A DNA stretch of 47,770 nt, taken from positions 7,058,407 through 7,106,176 of the forward strand of contig NC_068994.1 of the NCBI RefSeq assembly GCF_001194135.2, in the 5' to 3' direction. The position numbers and the translations under genes are program-made. The stretch comes from Octopus bimaculoides. Lineage: Eukaryota. Within the stretch, counting starts at the first letter, position 1; every line of letters starts with the position of its first letter. Shown piece by piece: positions 1 through 11,774 of this stretch. The notes beneath the pieces are model-generated. The model saw only the letters and a program-made list of their open reading frames with translations, was not told the DNA's origin and searched no databases.

Positions 1-55
<55 letters not shown>

Positions 56-66
56 CATACATACAC
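1..66. repeat. (AT)n microsatellite followed by (ACAT)n
   Basis: Direct reading of the sequence. Confidence 0.98.
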
Positions 67-712
67 ACCCACTCACTAGAAATGCAATACAATTACGCGC
101 CCACAGGTGGGTGTGTATATGCGAAGTATAGTATATGTGTGTGTGTGTATGCAGAGAAAGAGAGAGAGAGAGAAGGAGGCAAACAGACACAGGAGGGGAG
201 AGAGAATGAGCTTGTATGTGTGAATGTATGTGTATACATCGTATATAATGTGGAATATATAACATATAGTAGCAGATTCAAATTTTATCTATGCAAAACA
301 GATTATCATGTGTGTGTGTGTATGTGTGTGTGCAAGTATAATACAGATTCGCAATCGTACTGATGTATGTTTCTGTGCGTGGAGGATGAGTTAATATCTA
401 AAACCACGTTACACCGCTATACTACTACTTCTACTACTACTACTACAGCGAGGTAGGTGCGAATAACACCTTCCGTGTGCTTCAGTTATATATGATTACT
501 TGAAAGGTTTCCGGCTTTCTGGTGCGCAATAATGCAGATCGATGTTAATAGATTGCAGCGATTCTTCGTCACTTCTACACGAGATGCCGGGGCTGTCAAA
601 CGACTCACACACGTAACCATTGACAAAAATCAGACACATTCTGATACACAGGTGCGTGTATACGTGTCGATAAGACTTCGGTTTTTTGCCTAGAAAAAAA
701 ACCACCTACATT

Positions 713-858
713 TTAACCCTTTTATTAGTATATCTCTCTGTTGAAATATTTTGGCTTTGTTTCGAAGAATTTAGCGAAGTGACTTTGTCATTGTGAAGCT
801 GGTGTTCGGAATATAAATTAACATGGAATTTTGATGGAAGATCTTAATTTAGATCACC
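713..858. mobile_element. piggyBac-type MITE family 1, host copy interrupted at an internal TTAA
   Basis: Starts TTAA-CCCT. Internal block aaattaacatggaattttgatggaagatcttaat is shared with 859-1064. TTAA target plus CCC terminus is the piggyBac hallmark. Confidence 0.65.
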
Positions 859-1064
859 TTAACCCTTTTGTTACCATGTTTAGGTTCAATTAATTTTGAA
901 AATAATGGATAATTTTGGAAATTAACTTTGTTGATATGAAGCTTTTGTTTGGGACATAAATTAACATGAAATTTTGACGGAAGATTTTAATGTTGATCAC
1001 TTCAAAACACGAAGATTAAGTTATAGAACCAAGGCTGGCTTACACGGGTTCGTATCAAGAAGGG
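859..1064. mobile_element. piggyBac-type MITE family 1, nested copy
   Basis: ttaacccttttgttacc at 859 and a degenerate right TIR gtatcaagaaggg at about 1052-1064. Homologous to 713-858, 33125-33245 and 42142-42204. Confidence 0.7.
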
Positions 1065-1217
1065 CCCTTTTGAATAAAATGATATACCAAGGATTCAAAC
1101 CTTTGGCAGGGTTGAATTTTTTATTCCACCTTTTTTGACATACATTAAACCAACTGTTATTGGAACAAAATTTATCCGAATTAAGTAAAATGTTCTAATA
1201 GGCCACCTGTACTTGTC

Positions 1218-1375
1218 AATGAGTCAATGAGATCGCTCGATCAACTAGAAATAGCAGCTACATTCTCAAATCACACGCTACCACCTTAAATAAGAAAATG
1301 ATTCCTTATGCAGTCTCACACAAAATCTGAAATAAAACATGGGATGGTCAAGTAGGAATACTTTTTGAGTACACA
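1218..1375 (+). mobile_element. SINE-like interspersed repeat family E (degenerate)
   Basis: Motif ctagaaatagcagc...ctcaaatcacac, seen in reverse at 1880-1915, 4585, 5665 and 32885 and forward at 36985 and 37265. Confidence 0.6.
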
Positions 1376-1609
1376 TCTATTCGAACAGAGAAAAAATGAG
1401 CAAAAGTAAAGAAAACGTAAGGTATATCACATTTAGCTCACAGTTTAATTCGTATGTGCGTGTGTGAGTGTATATATATATATATATATATATATACACG
1501 ACTGTGTTTATATGTTCTTATACATATGTTGCAGTCTAATAAGAAATCCCGGTGGGTGTGTACACAGATTAGATCTTACACACACCTCTTTTTAACCAGC
1601 TCAACAAGG

Positions 1610-1715
1610 GGTCAGCATCGTTTTTCATCCCCTTAGGGATCGATAAAATAAAGTACAAGTCAAGTACTGGAGTCGATGATACCGACTCTTACCTGTCCCC
1701 TACAAAATGATCGGC
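1610..1715 (+). mobile_element. SINE family D, 3' fragment
   Basis: tttcatccccttagggatcgataaaataaagtac...agtactggagtcgat matches 26290-26345. Confidence 0.6.
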
Positions 1716-1764
1716 CAGGAGGCAATTATTGTTATTATTTCCTTTTGCCTTTAAGATGTCCGTT

Positions 1765-1921
1765 TGTTGTTTTAGCCTCTGGTCAGCCCTAACTGAGCCG
1801 ATTATGTCCAAAGGCCATTCATACGAGTAAATACCGTCTTTTTTCAAAGACGGGAGGGTGTGGATTTTTTAAAGGGAAATTTGATTGCTATTTCTAGTAA
1901 GTTGAACAACCACATCGGAGC
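1765..1921 (-). mobile_element. SINE-like family E
   Basis: Begins with the reverse (AAC)n tail ttgttgttttagcc and ends in atttgattgctatttctagtaagttgaacaaccac. Confidence 0.6.
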
Positions 1922-2739
1922 TCACACGTTTTCAGTCTCCTCGTTTGTTTTCCCACTTTGGTTATATTATTCACTGTCAAACACATCTTTCCCTGTCATA
2001 TATTAAAATGTGGCGGAACTGCAATGATACTATGACANNNNNNNNNNNNNNNNNNNNNNNNNNNNNNNNNNNNNNNNNNNNNNNNNNNNNNNNNNNNNNN
2101 NNNNNNNNNNNNNNNNNNNNNNNNNNNNNNNNNNNNNNNNNNNNNNNNNNNNNNNNNNNNNNNNNNNNNNNNNNNNNNNNNATATATATATATATATATA
2201 TATATATACGCACACACTTTTATGTCTGTAGGCACAAGATGCAAATAACGGGTTTACAGTATTTAGGGGCGTATATCTTAAATGTATTCGCATCTTTTTA
2301 TCTTAGATTTATATATTTATATATATATATAAACGAACATGAGGACAATGCGTTTTCTTCTCCTAATTCCGCCTTTCGATCTATAATAGATACATATTTA
2401 GCCTGTACACAGATCGAAAGACGATGCCAAACTTGATTAGGGAAGAAATCTGAGGGCAGAATTTGTCCCAGACACCGTGTCCTTAATTGGATTGCACTTT
2501 GAATTAAAAGAATCTTAGTAATTCGTGTGTATTTTGGGTGTGTGTGTGTTAATGGAAATGAATATGTTGAAATTATATACATAGAATAATTGTTTACCCT
2601 TCGGATTCTGTTTAAAATCGTTGTTGTGGTATTTTTTTCCGGGTTATCCTTTGCGAAACAGCTTTGGTTAACAGCGATGGACAAGACAAGATTTGTGTCT
2701 CATGGATAACAGCAAAACTGAACTGTTGCAATTAGTGAT

Positions 2740-3800
2740 AGTGTGGTGGGGAGGGAGGAAAGGGAGACAGAGAGAGAGGTGGAGGAAAGATTGTATTAAT
2801 TGGTTCTAATAGAGAGTAGGAGGAAATAGAAACGGTATTAGATCAAGGGGAGAGAGAATGACAGAAGGAAAGAAGCTGAGAAGGGAAAGAGAGAGGAGGG
2901 AGTAAGAGAGAAAGCAAAAGCAAGAGAGAGAGGGGAAAGTATGACACGGGGAAAGCAAAAGAAAGATGGGGAAAAGATAAAGAGGGGGGGTCAGAGTAAA
3001 TAGAGAGATAGGTAGACGGAAGTGGAAGAGATAGAGTAGGAAGTAATAGTAGTAGAGAAAGAAAGTTTAATCAATGAGAGACAGAGAAAGAGAAAGGAAG
3101 TGAAAGAGAGGAAGCGAATAAGTGATTTGAGGTGGTAAGAGTAAAATCTATGGGGAGTAGTAAGAGTGAATATATGAAAAAAAAATATGGGCGGGGCTAA
3201 AGCGTGGAGGGGAGATAATGGAGAGGAGGACGACAGGATTAGCGTGTGTGAGTGTTTATAGAGAGAGGGGGAAATGTTAGTGAGGTAGAAAGAAGGATAA
3301 AACGAGGGAGAGAGAATGAGGGGAAGTGTTAGTGAAATAAAAAGGATATGAGAGGAAGAGAGGGGGAGATATTAGTGAGACAGATAAAGCAATAAGAGAA
3401 GGGGAGATAATATTGTGATAGAGAGAATAAGAGAGGGGGAGATATTAGTGACATATAGAGAAGAACAGAAAGGGAGATAATAGTGAGATAGAGAGACATA
3501 AAGGGAGTAGAAGAGTGCCTAGGGAGAAAGAGGAAATGGAGGAGGAGAAGAGAAGCAGAAAGTGATAGAGAGAGAGAGAGAGAGAGAAATAAAGGGAGAA
3601 AGAGAGAGAGAGAGATCGTAAAATTAAATTTATTGGTAGAAGAGGAAAAAGAAAAGAAAATTAAAGGAGGAAGAGGAAAACAAAAAGATAGAAAGGAGAT
3701 GGAAAAGGGGTCGGGGGGAAGAAGTGAGGAAAGAGAGAAAAACTGAAAGAGAAAAGTGAGACGAATAAAATGAATGAATGAAAATGGGAACGGCAACGAA
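2740..3800. repeat. about 1 kb purine-rich (GA/GGA) low-complexity tract
   Basis: The plus strand is overwhelmingly A/G. Confidence 0.9.
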
Positions 3801-3968
3801 ATTTGATAAATGTAAATAAGTAAATAAATGAATTAATGATAATATAATAATATGATAATAATAATAATAATATTATTATTAATAATCGATAAATAAATTT
3901 GAAAAAAAAAGAAAAAAAAAACAAGCTCGGGGGCGAAACAAAAATATTACGTGAGACTTCGTATGAAA

Positions 3969-3992
3969 CCTCGCGATGAAATCTCGCGAGAT
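3969..3992. promoter_or_regulatory. CGCG element-like palindrome (ATCTCGCGAGAT) plus adjacent cctcgcgat
   Basis: Perfect 12-bp palindrome at 3981-3992 containing TCTCGCGAGA, with a second TCGCGA at 3971-3976, in a CpG-poor background. Function is not shown. Confidence 0.3.
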
Positions 3993-4064
3993 ATCATTAT
4001 CATTATTTATTCTCAATATATTGCTTCACTACTTTCATTATTGCGACAACCACATCGACTATGG

Positions 4065-4622
4065 TTGTTGTTGATAATTCTATTGGTGATGATGATTTTT
4101 TGTTTAGCCCGGGGTCAATCCTTCTTCCTTTTCTTTTGTTGTCATAATTCCATTCACGATTAGAAAGCTTTAGAGTAGAGTAGACCAATGATAAGGGGGG
4201 CCTTCCGACCATGAACATCCTGTCTTATTATATGTCCTTCCCATTCTCAAGACGGTAGAGTGTGATGGGGGATGGAGTTGAGATTTGACTTCTATTTCTA
4301 GTAGATGGCGCAACCACGAATAGGTTCCCTCGTCACGATAATGAATAATGTTCGCGTAATTGATGATGATGATAGTGGTGGTGGTAATTTCATGTAGTCC
4401 CGGGTCAACAACCCTTTCTCTAAAAATTCCATTCAAATCTAAAAAGCTTTTGAGCGGGCCTGTGATCAGAGGCGTTCCGGCCATGACCATCCCGTCTTCT
4501 GTATGTGTGTGTGTGTGTGTCCTTCCCTTCCTCAAGACAGTAGAGTTTGATGAGGGAGTGGAGGAAGGGTGAGATTTGGCTTCTATTTCTAGCAGACCGA
4601 GCGACCACCAAGAGGTCCCCGC
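4065..4622 (-). mobile_element. two tandem diverged copies of family E (period about 290 bp)
   Basis: Both units read cc(c/g)gggtcaa...aattccattca...aaagcttt...ccatga(a/c)catcc(t/c)gtct...gagattt(g)...ttctatttctag. Confidence 0.65.
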
Positions 4623-5494
4623 ATTGTCATTGAGAACGATGTTATTCATATACTTGTTGATGTTAACTGCTAACTTGTTTTTCTTAGTCTTCTATTGTAA
4701 TTTCCATTCAAATCCAGGATGCTTTATAGGAATGCTCTCAAATCGATCCGTATCGATCCCAGAAAGGGGAAAAAGCAAAGCTGACCCCGGCGGCATTTGA
4801 ACCTAAAACCTATATCCCCGTAACTAAAAACATCGTTAGAATCATTTTCTTTTTCTCATTTTTTATTATCATAATTTTATTAATTTATTTGTTTACTTTA
4901 TAGTAAGACAACAGGGCTTCTCTGTCAGTCGGAGAGGTTAGGAAAGTAAAAGGGCGAAATAAAATAAATTAAAGCAAAATGAATTATGAAGAGGTTTAAT
5001 TTTCTTGATAGATTTAGGGATATAAAAGTTTTGAAGGTTCACGGATATAAAAGATTAAGGATATTTTATTTTATTTTATTTCATCTTTTACCTTCGTAAC
5101 CTTTTCTAATAACGGCGTTGTCTTACCATGTTGCCTGAGATACAACCGCAAAAGACTTATTTATGATTTAAATAGAAGCCTTGCTTCGACCACGTCTTAG
5201 AATATCTTTTATTACGTCGTCCCGTTATCATTCCTACGCAATTAAACAATTAGTGTTCTTCTTTGACACCGGGTTACCCTTGATCGAGCAGACATAACGA
5301 AAGAGTTTCCCCCCCCCCCTTTTTTATTTATATATTTATATATATTTATTTTTCCGGGCATAGTGTATCGAAGATTGTATTATCTAATATGTATTTCCTT
5401 TCTGAAGACGACGGACATAAGTAAATTGAAGGCTATCTGGCTGCTATTTTTAGCGAATTCAATAATTACATAGATACACGCTTGTTGTCACATA

Positions 5495-5690
5495 CCGATG
5501 GTGAAAATGTTATTCGTTTAGCCCTCGGTCATCTCAGGTGATCTATGTTGCGACTTTCCCACAGTGACCGTCCCATTTTTTTTTTCAGACTGTGTATCTC
5601 TGTAAAAGCTACACCATCCAATACCTCTTTCCTGTTTATGAAGGACAGGTGTATGATTTGAGAGAAATTTGGCTGCTATTTCTCGGTGCG
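5495..5690 (-). mobile_element. SINE-like family E
   Basis: gtttagccctcggtca...gtgaccgtccca...atttggctgctatttctc. Confidence 0.6.
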
Positions 5691-5761
5691 TAAAATAATT
5701 CTTTCTAATGCTAGTTACAAGGCCTGAAATATTGAAAAATACACAGTGACATTTCCTCTGT

Positions 5762-5915
5762 CCTTACGTTCTGAGTTCAAATTCTGCCAAGGTTGACTTT
5801 GTCTTTCATCCTTCCGGGGTCGATAAGTTAAGTACCAGTTGCGTACTGGGATCAATATAACCAGCTTATCTCCTCCCCTAAAATTTCAGGCGTTGTGCCA
5901 AAATTTGAAACCAAT
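5762..5915 (+). mobile_element. SINE family D (5'-truncated)
   Basis: gttctgagttcaaattctgccaaggttgactttg...aaatttcaggcgttgtgccaaaatttgaaacc. Confidence 0.75.
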
Positions 5916-5940
5916 CATTATTATTACCATTATTATATCA

Positions 5941-6080
5941 ATGTGGCAAGTTGGCAAAACTGTTAGCAAGCCAGACCCAATGCTTAGTAGTATTTCATCT
6001 GGGTCTATGCTGTGAGTTCAAATTCCTCCAAAGCTGGCTTTATCTTTGATCCTTTCAGGGAATAATGAAATATAATTAGC
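5941..6080 (+). mobile_element. SINE family D (3'-truncated)
   Basis: Head ggcaagttggcaaaactgttagca followed by the B-box-like gagttcaaattcc. Confidence 0.65.
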
Positions 6081-6165
6081 ATTCAAGTAGGTAGATGATG
6101 ATGTCAAAGCTGATACCAATGCAGCTGTTACTGCTGATGACAATGATGATGATGAGGAGGAGGAG

Positions 6166-6533
6166 GTTGTTGGCACTCCGTCGCTTACGACGTCGAGGGT
6201 TCCAGTTGATCCGATCAATGGAACAGCTTGCTCGTGAAATTAACGAGCATGATGTGGTTGAGCACTCCACAGACACGTGTACCCTTAACGTAGTTCTCGG
6301 GGGAGATTCAGCGTGACACAGCTGACCCTTTGAATTACAGGCACAACAGAAACAGGAAGTAAGAGTGAGAGAAAGTTGTGGTAAAAGAGTACAGTAGGGT
6401 TCGCCACCATCCCCTGGTGGAGATTTAGGTGTTTTCGCTCAATAAACACTCACAACGCCCGGTCTGGGAATCGAAACCGCGATCCTATGACCACGAGTCA
6501 GCTGCCCTAAACACTGGGCCATTGCGCCTCCAC
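6166..6533 (-). mobile_element. tRNA-derived SINE family A, full length
   Basis: Minus-strand head gtggaggcgcaatggcccagtgtttagggcag...gtttcgattcccaga (A/B boxes) and an (AAC)n tail. 15-bp TSD-like repeat at 6147-6161 and 6534-6548 (14/15). Near-identical copies at 34524 and 39250. Confidence 0.9.
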
Positions 6534-6582
6534 TGATGCTGAGGAGGACATCATCATACTTGAATNNNNNNNNNNNNNNNNN

Positions 6583-6646
6583 GGAATTTGAACTCACAGC
6601 ATAGACACAGATGAAATACCACCAAGCATTGGGTCTGGCTTGCTAA
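6583..6646 (-). mobile_element. inverted partial copy of the family D segment 5963-6026
   Basis: 64 bp with 3 mismatches to the reverse complement of 5963-6026. Confidence 0.7.
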
Positions 6647-6769
6647 TTGGAATATGGTAAGAAAAGAGTTAAGCACGTTTTGGGATCAGGACTTCATATT
6701 GTCTGTAGGGGTTGATCTTAATACGGGGAAAGCTTAGTAGAAAGGAATATGTAAAAAGCTTTGAGCTAA

Positions 6770-7130
6770 GGAGGGGGGGAGATGGGAGGGAGAAAGAAAG
6801 AAAGAGAGAGGGGAAAGAGGCAGACAGAGACAAAGAGAGAAAGGGGAGAGAGAGGCAGAGAGACAGAGGCAAAGAAAGAAAGAAAGAGAGAGGAGAGAGC
6901 GGAGAAAGTGGCAGACAAACAGACAGAGACAAAGAAAGAAAGAAATAAAGAAAGGGGAGAGAGAGAGACAGAGGCAAAGAAAGAAGGAGAGGGGAGAGAG
7001 AGGCAGACAGACAGACAGAGGCAAAGAAAGAAAGAAAAAGAGACAGAGAGAGACAAAGAGAGAGGGGGAGAGAGTGAAATGGAGGGAGTTGGGGAAGAGA
7101 GAAGGAGTCAGATTAAGAGACAGAGATGGA
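6770..7130. repeat. GA-rich imperfect tandem repeat (agagacagaggcaaagaaagaaag units)
   Basis: Direct reading. Confidence 0.85.
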
Positions 7131-7362
7131 GTTGGGGTGGGGGGATGAGAGTTCTGGAAGTGTGGCAGTCTGGCATGGTTGACAAAACATTAATCAGAGG
7201 TTCTATACTGAAGTGTGACAAGTGCATGAATAATGAATAATGAAGCAAGACACCCAATTTCATCATGGGACGCAAACAGGACAGGCTTTAGTCATTTGTA
7301 ATGCGATAAAAATGCTTTCTTACACTGGGTGGCACAAGGCCAGACACAGTTTTAAGACTGTG

Positions 7363-7593
7363 GGCATCATCATCATCATCTTCATCAACATCCTCATCAT
7401 CATCATCGTCATCATCATCATCGTCATCATCATCATCATAGTCGTTGTTGTTGTCATCNNNNNNNNNNTCATAGTCGTTGTTGTTGTCATCATCATCATC
7501 ATCATCCTCATCATCATCATTGTCATCATCATCATCATCATCATCATGGTCTTCGTTGTTGTCGTTGTCATCATCATTGTCATCATCGTTATC

Positions 7594-7625
<32 letters not shown>

Positions 7626-7722
7626 AGTCGTTGTTGTCATCATCGTCATCATCATCCTCATCATCATCATGGTCATCAACACCGTCTTTGACATTGTCAT
7701 CATCATCATCATCATCATCGCC
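7363..7722. repeat. compound trinucleotide microsatellite (ATC/GTC/GTT)n
   Basis: Direct reading. It produces the poly-I, poly-M and poly-S pseudo-ORFs. Confidence 0.95.
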
Positions 7723-7959
7723 GTTATTTTTACAGCCATGTTTCCATGGTTACAAGTGTCAGACAGAATTTATTGGGGGTCAGTTTTCAACAGCAAGCTG
7801 CCCCTCTTTATTGCTGGCCCTCACCTGCTTCCAAGTAAGGCTTCATCTCCTCATGGCCAGGCATGTTTTCCATGGAAAATTAGAAGCAAATGATACTATA
7901 TACACACACATATATGTGTGTGTGTGTGTGTATATCTGTATGTATGTATGTATATATAC

Positions 7960-8598
7960 TCTTTTACTTGTTTCAGTCATTTGACTGTGGCCATGCTGGA
8001 GCACCGCCTTTAGTCGAGCAAATCGACCCCAGGACTTATTCTTTGTAAGCCTGGTACTTAATCTATTGGCCTCTTTTGCCGAACCGTTAAGTTACGGGGA
8101 CCTAAACACACCAGTATCAGTTGTCAAGCGATGGTGGGGGGACAAACACAGACACAGNNNNNNNNNNNNNNNNNNNNNNNNNNNNNNNNNNNNNNNNNNN
8201 NNNNNNNNNNNNNNNNNNNNNNNNNNNNNNNNNNNNNNNNNNNNNNNNNNNNNNNNNNNNNNNNNNNNNNNNNNNNNNNNNNNNNNNNNNNNNNNNNNNN
8301 NNNNNNNNNNNNNNNNNNNNNNNNNNNNNNNNNNNNNNNNNNNNNNNNNNNNNNNNNNNNNNNNNNNNNNNNNNNNNNNNNNNNNNNNNNNNNNNNNNNN
8401 NNNNNNNNNNNNNNNNNNNNNNNNNNNNNATATATATATATATACGATGGGCTTCTTTCAGTTTCTGTCTACCAAATCCACTCACAAGGCTTTGGTCGGC
8501 CCGAGGCTATAGTAGAAGACACTTGCCCAAGGTGCCACGCAGTGGGACTAAACCCGGAACCATGTGGTTGGTAAGCAAGCTACTTACCACACAGCCAT
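7960..8598 (-). mobile_element. tRNA-derived SINE family B, full length, internal microsatellite in an N gap
   Basis: Head tggctgtgtggtaagtagcttgcttaccaaccacatggttccgggtttagtccc, then CORE-like ggcaccttgggcaagtgtctt, then tail ctccagcatggccacagtcaaatgactgaaacaagtaaaagag. Colinear with 45378-45778. Confidence 0.9.
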
Positions 8599-9129
8599 TT
8601 CTATGCCTATGGTCTTCTTTTCCTTTCCCATACTTTCTACGCAATTAGATATTGTTTCATTAATTTTATTTGACGTAAACGAAGACCAAGACAGTGAAGT
8701 GACTGAACCAGTTGAATGTTTGATCAAACGATTAACAATACTTGTTCCAATTCACTGCGTTCTGTTTTCAAATCCTGCCAAGGTCAATGCCTTCTTTTCT
8801 TCTTTGCAGCGTTGACAAAGTAGTACCAATTCAAAACTTTGGATCAGTGGAATTGGTAGAGCAATGACCGTGTGGTAAAGTGCCTTGTTGTGCTTATTCT
8901 AGTTCTTTGTATTCTGATTGCAATAAACACGCAATATATATAAACTTACTGTTAACAAATTTTGGGATGCATGGTGTTCAGTTATACAATAAATGATAAA
9001 TGTATGTATATATATATATATATATATCAGAAGCCATGATAGATCGTTGACCAGTGACTATTCATTTTTTTCTCCGTGTTTTTCTCCTTGTTTTCTCTGT
9101 ATTCTTTCTGTTGAAGAGCNNNNNNNNNN

Positions 9130-9175
<46 letters not shown>

Positions 9176-9442
9176 CTTGCAAACAACACTAGAGCCAGTT
9201 GTATTGACCCGAGCAGATAAACAACGGTAAAGTGGAGAGAGGAGTGACCAGCATGTATGGGCAGCTAGCAGTCAACCTTCGGAAATCTTGTCTGGGCCTG
9301 CACATACATGTGTAGATGCGTGGTCAATAATGACTTTCGGAAACAGAGTAGATGAATAAGAGATAGATATTCCTCTTGAGAGGACATTGGTCAAACTATA
9401 CAGGTAGGAGGAATTGAGATTGGCACTGCAGGTAGACACAGG

Positions 9443-9600
9443 CGTTGATGTGTGGTAAGAAGTTTGCTTCCCAACCACACTGTTCTGGGTTCAGTTCCAC
9501 TGTATGGCATCTTGGGCAAGTGTGTTCTGCTATAACCTTGGGCCAACCGAAGCCTTGCAAGTGAATTTGGTAGGCAGAAACTGAAAAGATCTTGTCATTA
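9443..9600 (+). mobile_element. SINE family B, 5' half ending in (TA)n
   Basis: tgtgtggtaagaagtttgcttcccaaccac...cttgggcaagtgtg...gaaactgaaa. Confidence 0.8.
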
Positions 9601-9819
9601 TATATATATATACATATATATATATAAATGAAAAATGCATTAAATACTTCAAAGCGTACATGTGGGACAGACACAGAATGATCGTAGTTCTTCAATAAAT
9701 AAAAATTGCATTAAATATTAATCATTTATTGAGTAACTGAATACCATGCATCCTAACTATTGTTTACAGTAAGTTTATATATGTGCGTGTATATATATAT
9801 ATATATATATATGTATATG

Positions 9820-9936
9820 AAGTTTTGAATGGGACAACAATGCACTATAATACAAACAATGGGCTATATACCTGTTGTAATTTTATGGATGACTAAATTA
9901 CAACAGGTATATAGCCCATTGTTTGTATTATAGTGC
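9820..9936. repeat. perfect 42-bp inverted repeat with 11-nt loop, from a repeat family also present at 18023-18097
   Basis: 9842-9883 is the exact reverse complement of 9895-9936. Loop tatggatgact. Confidence 0.9.
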
Positions 9937-10181
9937 CACAAACAATACACAATGCTTCAAGCGAACCACAATACTCTCCTATATNNNNNNNNNNNNNNNN
10001 NNNNNNNNNNNNNNNNNNNNNNNNNNNNNNNNNNNNNNNNNNNNNNNNNNNNNNNNNNNNNNNNNNNNNNNNNNNNNNNNNNNNNNNNNNNNNNNNNNNN
10101 NNNNNNNNNNNNNNNNNNNNNNNNNNNNNNNNNNNNNNNNNNNNNNNNNNNNNNNNNNNNNNNTATATATATATATATATA

Positions 10182-10257
10182 TCATCATCATCATCGTTTA
10201 ACGTCTGCTTTCAATGCTAGCATGGGTTGGACGATTTGACTGAGGACTGGCGAATCA
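10182..10257 (-). mobile_element. SINE/LINE-tail family C, 3' fragment
   Basis: catcatcgtttaacgtctgctttcaatgctagcatgggttggacgatttgactgagg is the reverse of the 13200-13277 tail. Confidence 0.8.
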
Positions 10258-10372
10258 GGCTGGAGGGTATATCAACCGAAACGTTGTGTTAGCAACAAAC
10301 AAGATGAGGACAAATATCTGTCAAATGTAAATAATGTACATAATTCCTCATCTCTTAAATATAGAACTGTAA
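10258..10372 (+). mobile_element. possible Penelope-like terminal fragment
   Basis: ggctg-gagggtatat-caacc-gaaacgttg is a stem plus GAAAC motif of the kind found in PLE terminal repeats. The CUGANGA part is absent. Confidence 0.3.
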
Positions 10373-10377
10373 CATCT

Positions 10378-10645
10378 AATGACCCCTTTATTCAAGGTTC
10401 TGCTTCCCTATCTGTAAACCCTTCTCTGTATCTTCTACACATTCTGTTCTTAGTACAGTATACAAGAATCCCCATATACAGTCAGTCTTAAGATCCTCAG
10501 GGCTGGAGGAAAATAACAAACAGGATGGGGCTGAGAACTGATCCCTAGTGGACCCTACCTGCATGCTAAATTCACTACCAAACTCATTGCTGACTCTCAC
10601 CTTGCTGACTGCATCTTTGTACATGGTTCCCATGTCCCTCTGGTA
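10378..10645 (-). mobile_element. degraded RTE-clade LINE RT fragment
   Basis: Translates MYKDAVSKVRVSNEFGSEF, homologous to AMYRDAVSKVRVGNEYSEVF at about 46790. Frameshifted. Confidence 0.8.
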
Positions 10646-10909
10646 CGTAATGCGGTACATTACTTACCATAGAACATACAATCCTGACATGACATACCGT
10701 TAAAGAACATGGAATCCTGACAAAGGCCTTTTGCCGGTCGATTAATGTTAGGAGCTGAGGTTTCCACCTAGCAAACTACATCTCTTGCCATTGTCTCACT
10801 AGGAAGATGGCATCGATAGTGGCTCCACCTGGCTCCACCTGGCTCCACCTGGCTCTGTTCCAAATCAATTGTGCTATGGGTCTCTATATTTATCTTGTGC
10901 TGTAATTTT

Positions 10910-11420
<511 letters not shown>

Positions 11421-11774
11421 ACAAACATACATATACATAATGGAAGAAATTGATCTCTGTCAATTTTGACAACAAGTAATTCCACTTGTCCAATCAACAG
11501 AATTGCCTCTTCATTGAATTACATAGCATAAATGCCCGAGTGCTCCTCAGCCTTCTGTACCCTTAAATTAATCCTTCCTTCCTTCCTTTGACTGTGTGAC
11601 CATCAGGATATCCATTGATGATGTCGCAACTAGATTTCCTGCATCTCTTGGTCTTCTCCTGTCCTCCGTGAATTGGAGAAATTGAAGCCCATCCACTCTT
11701 TGATATATTTTTTCTACTCTAGGCACAAGGCCCAAAAACGTTTGTGGGAGGGGACCAGACATTCGTACATCCAT

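Noticed and set aside
6440-6533. tRNA-like sequences (also 17834, 22081, 34820, 38204)
   Set aside because: A/B boxes are present, but there is no complete cloverleaf and each continues into a repeat body. They are SINE heads, not tRNA genes.
8620-8830. Protein-like minus-strand reading LSTLQREEKKALTLAGFENR
   Set aside because: It contains an in-frame stop and no motif I recognise.
10821-10855. ggctccacct x3.5 decamer repeat
   Set aside because: Simple local slippage with no further structure.
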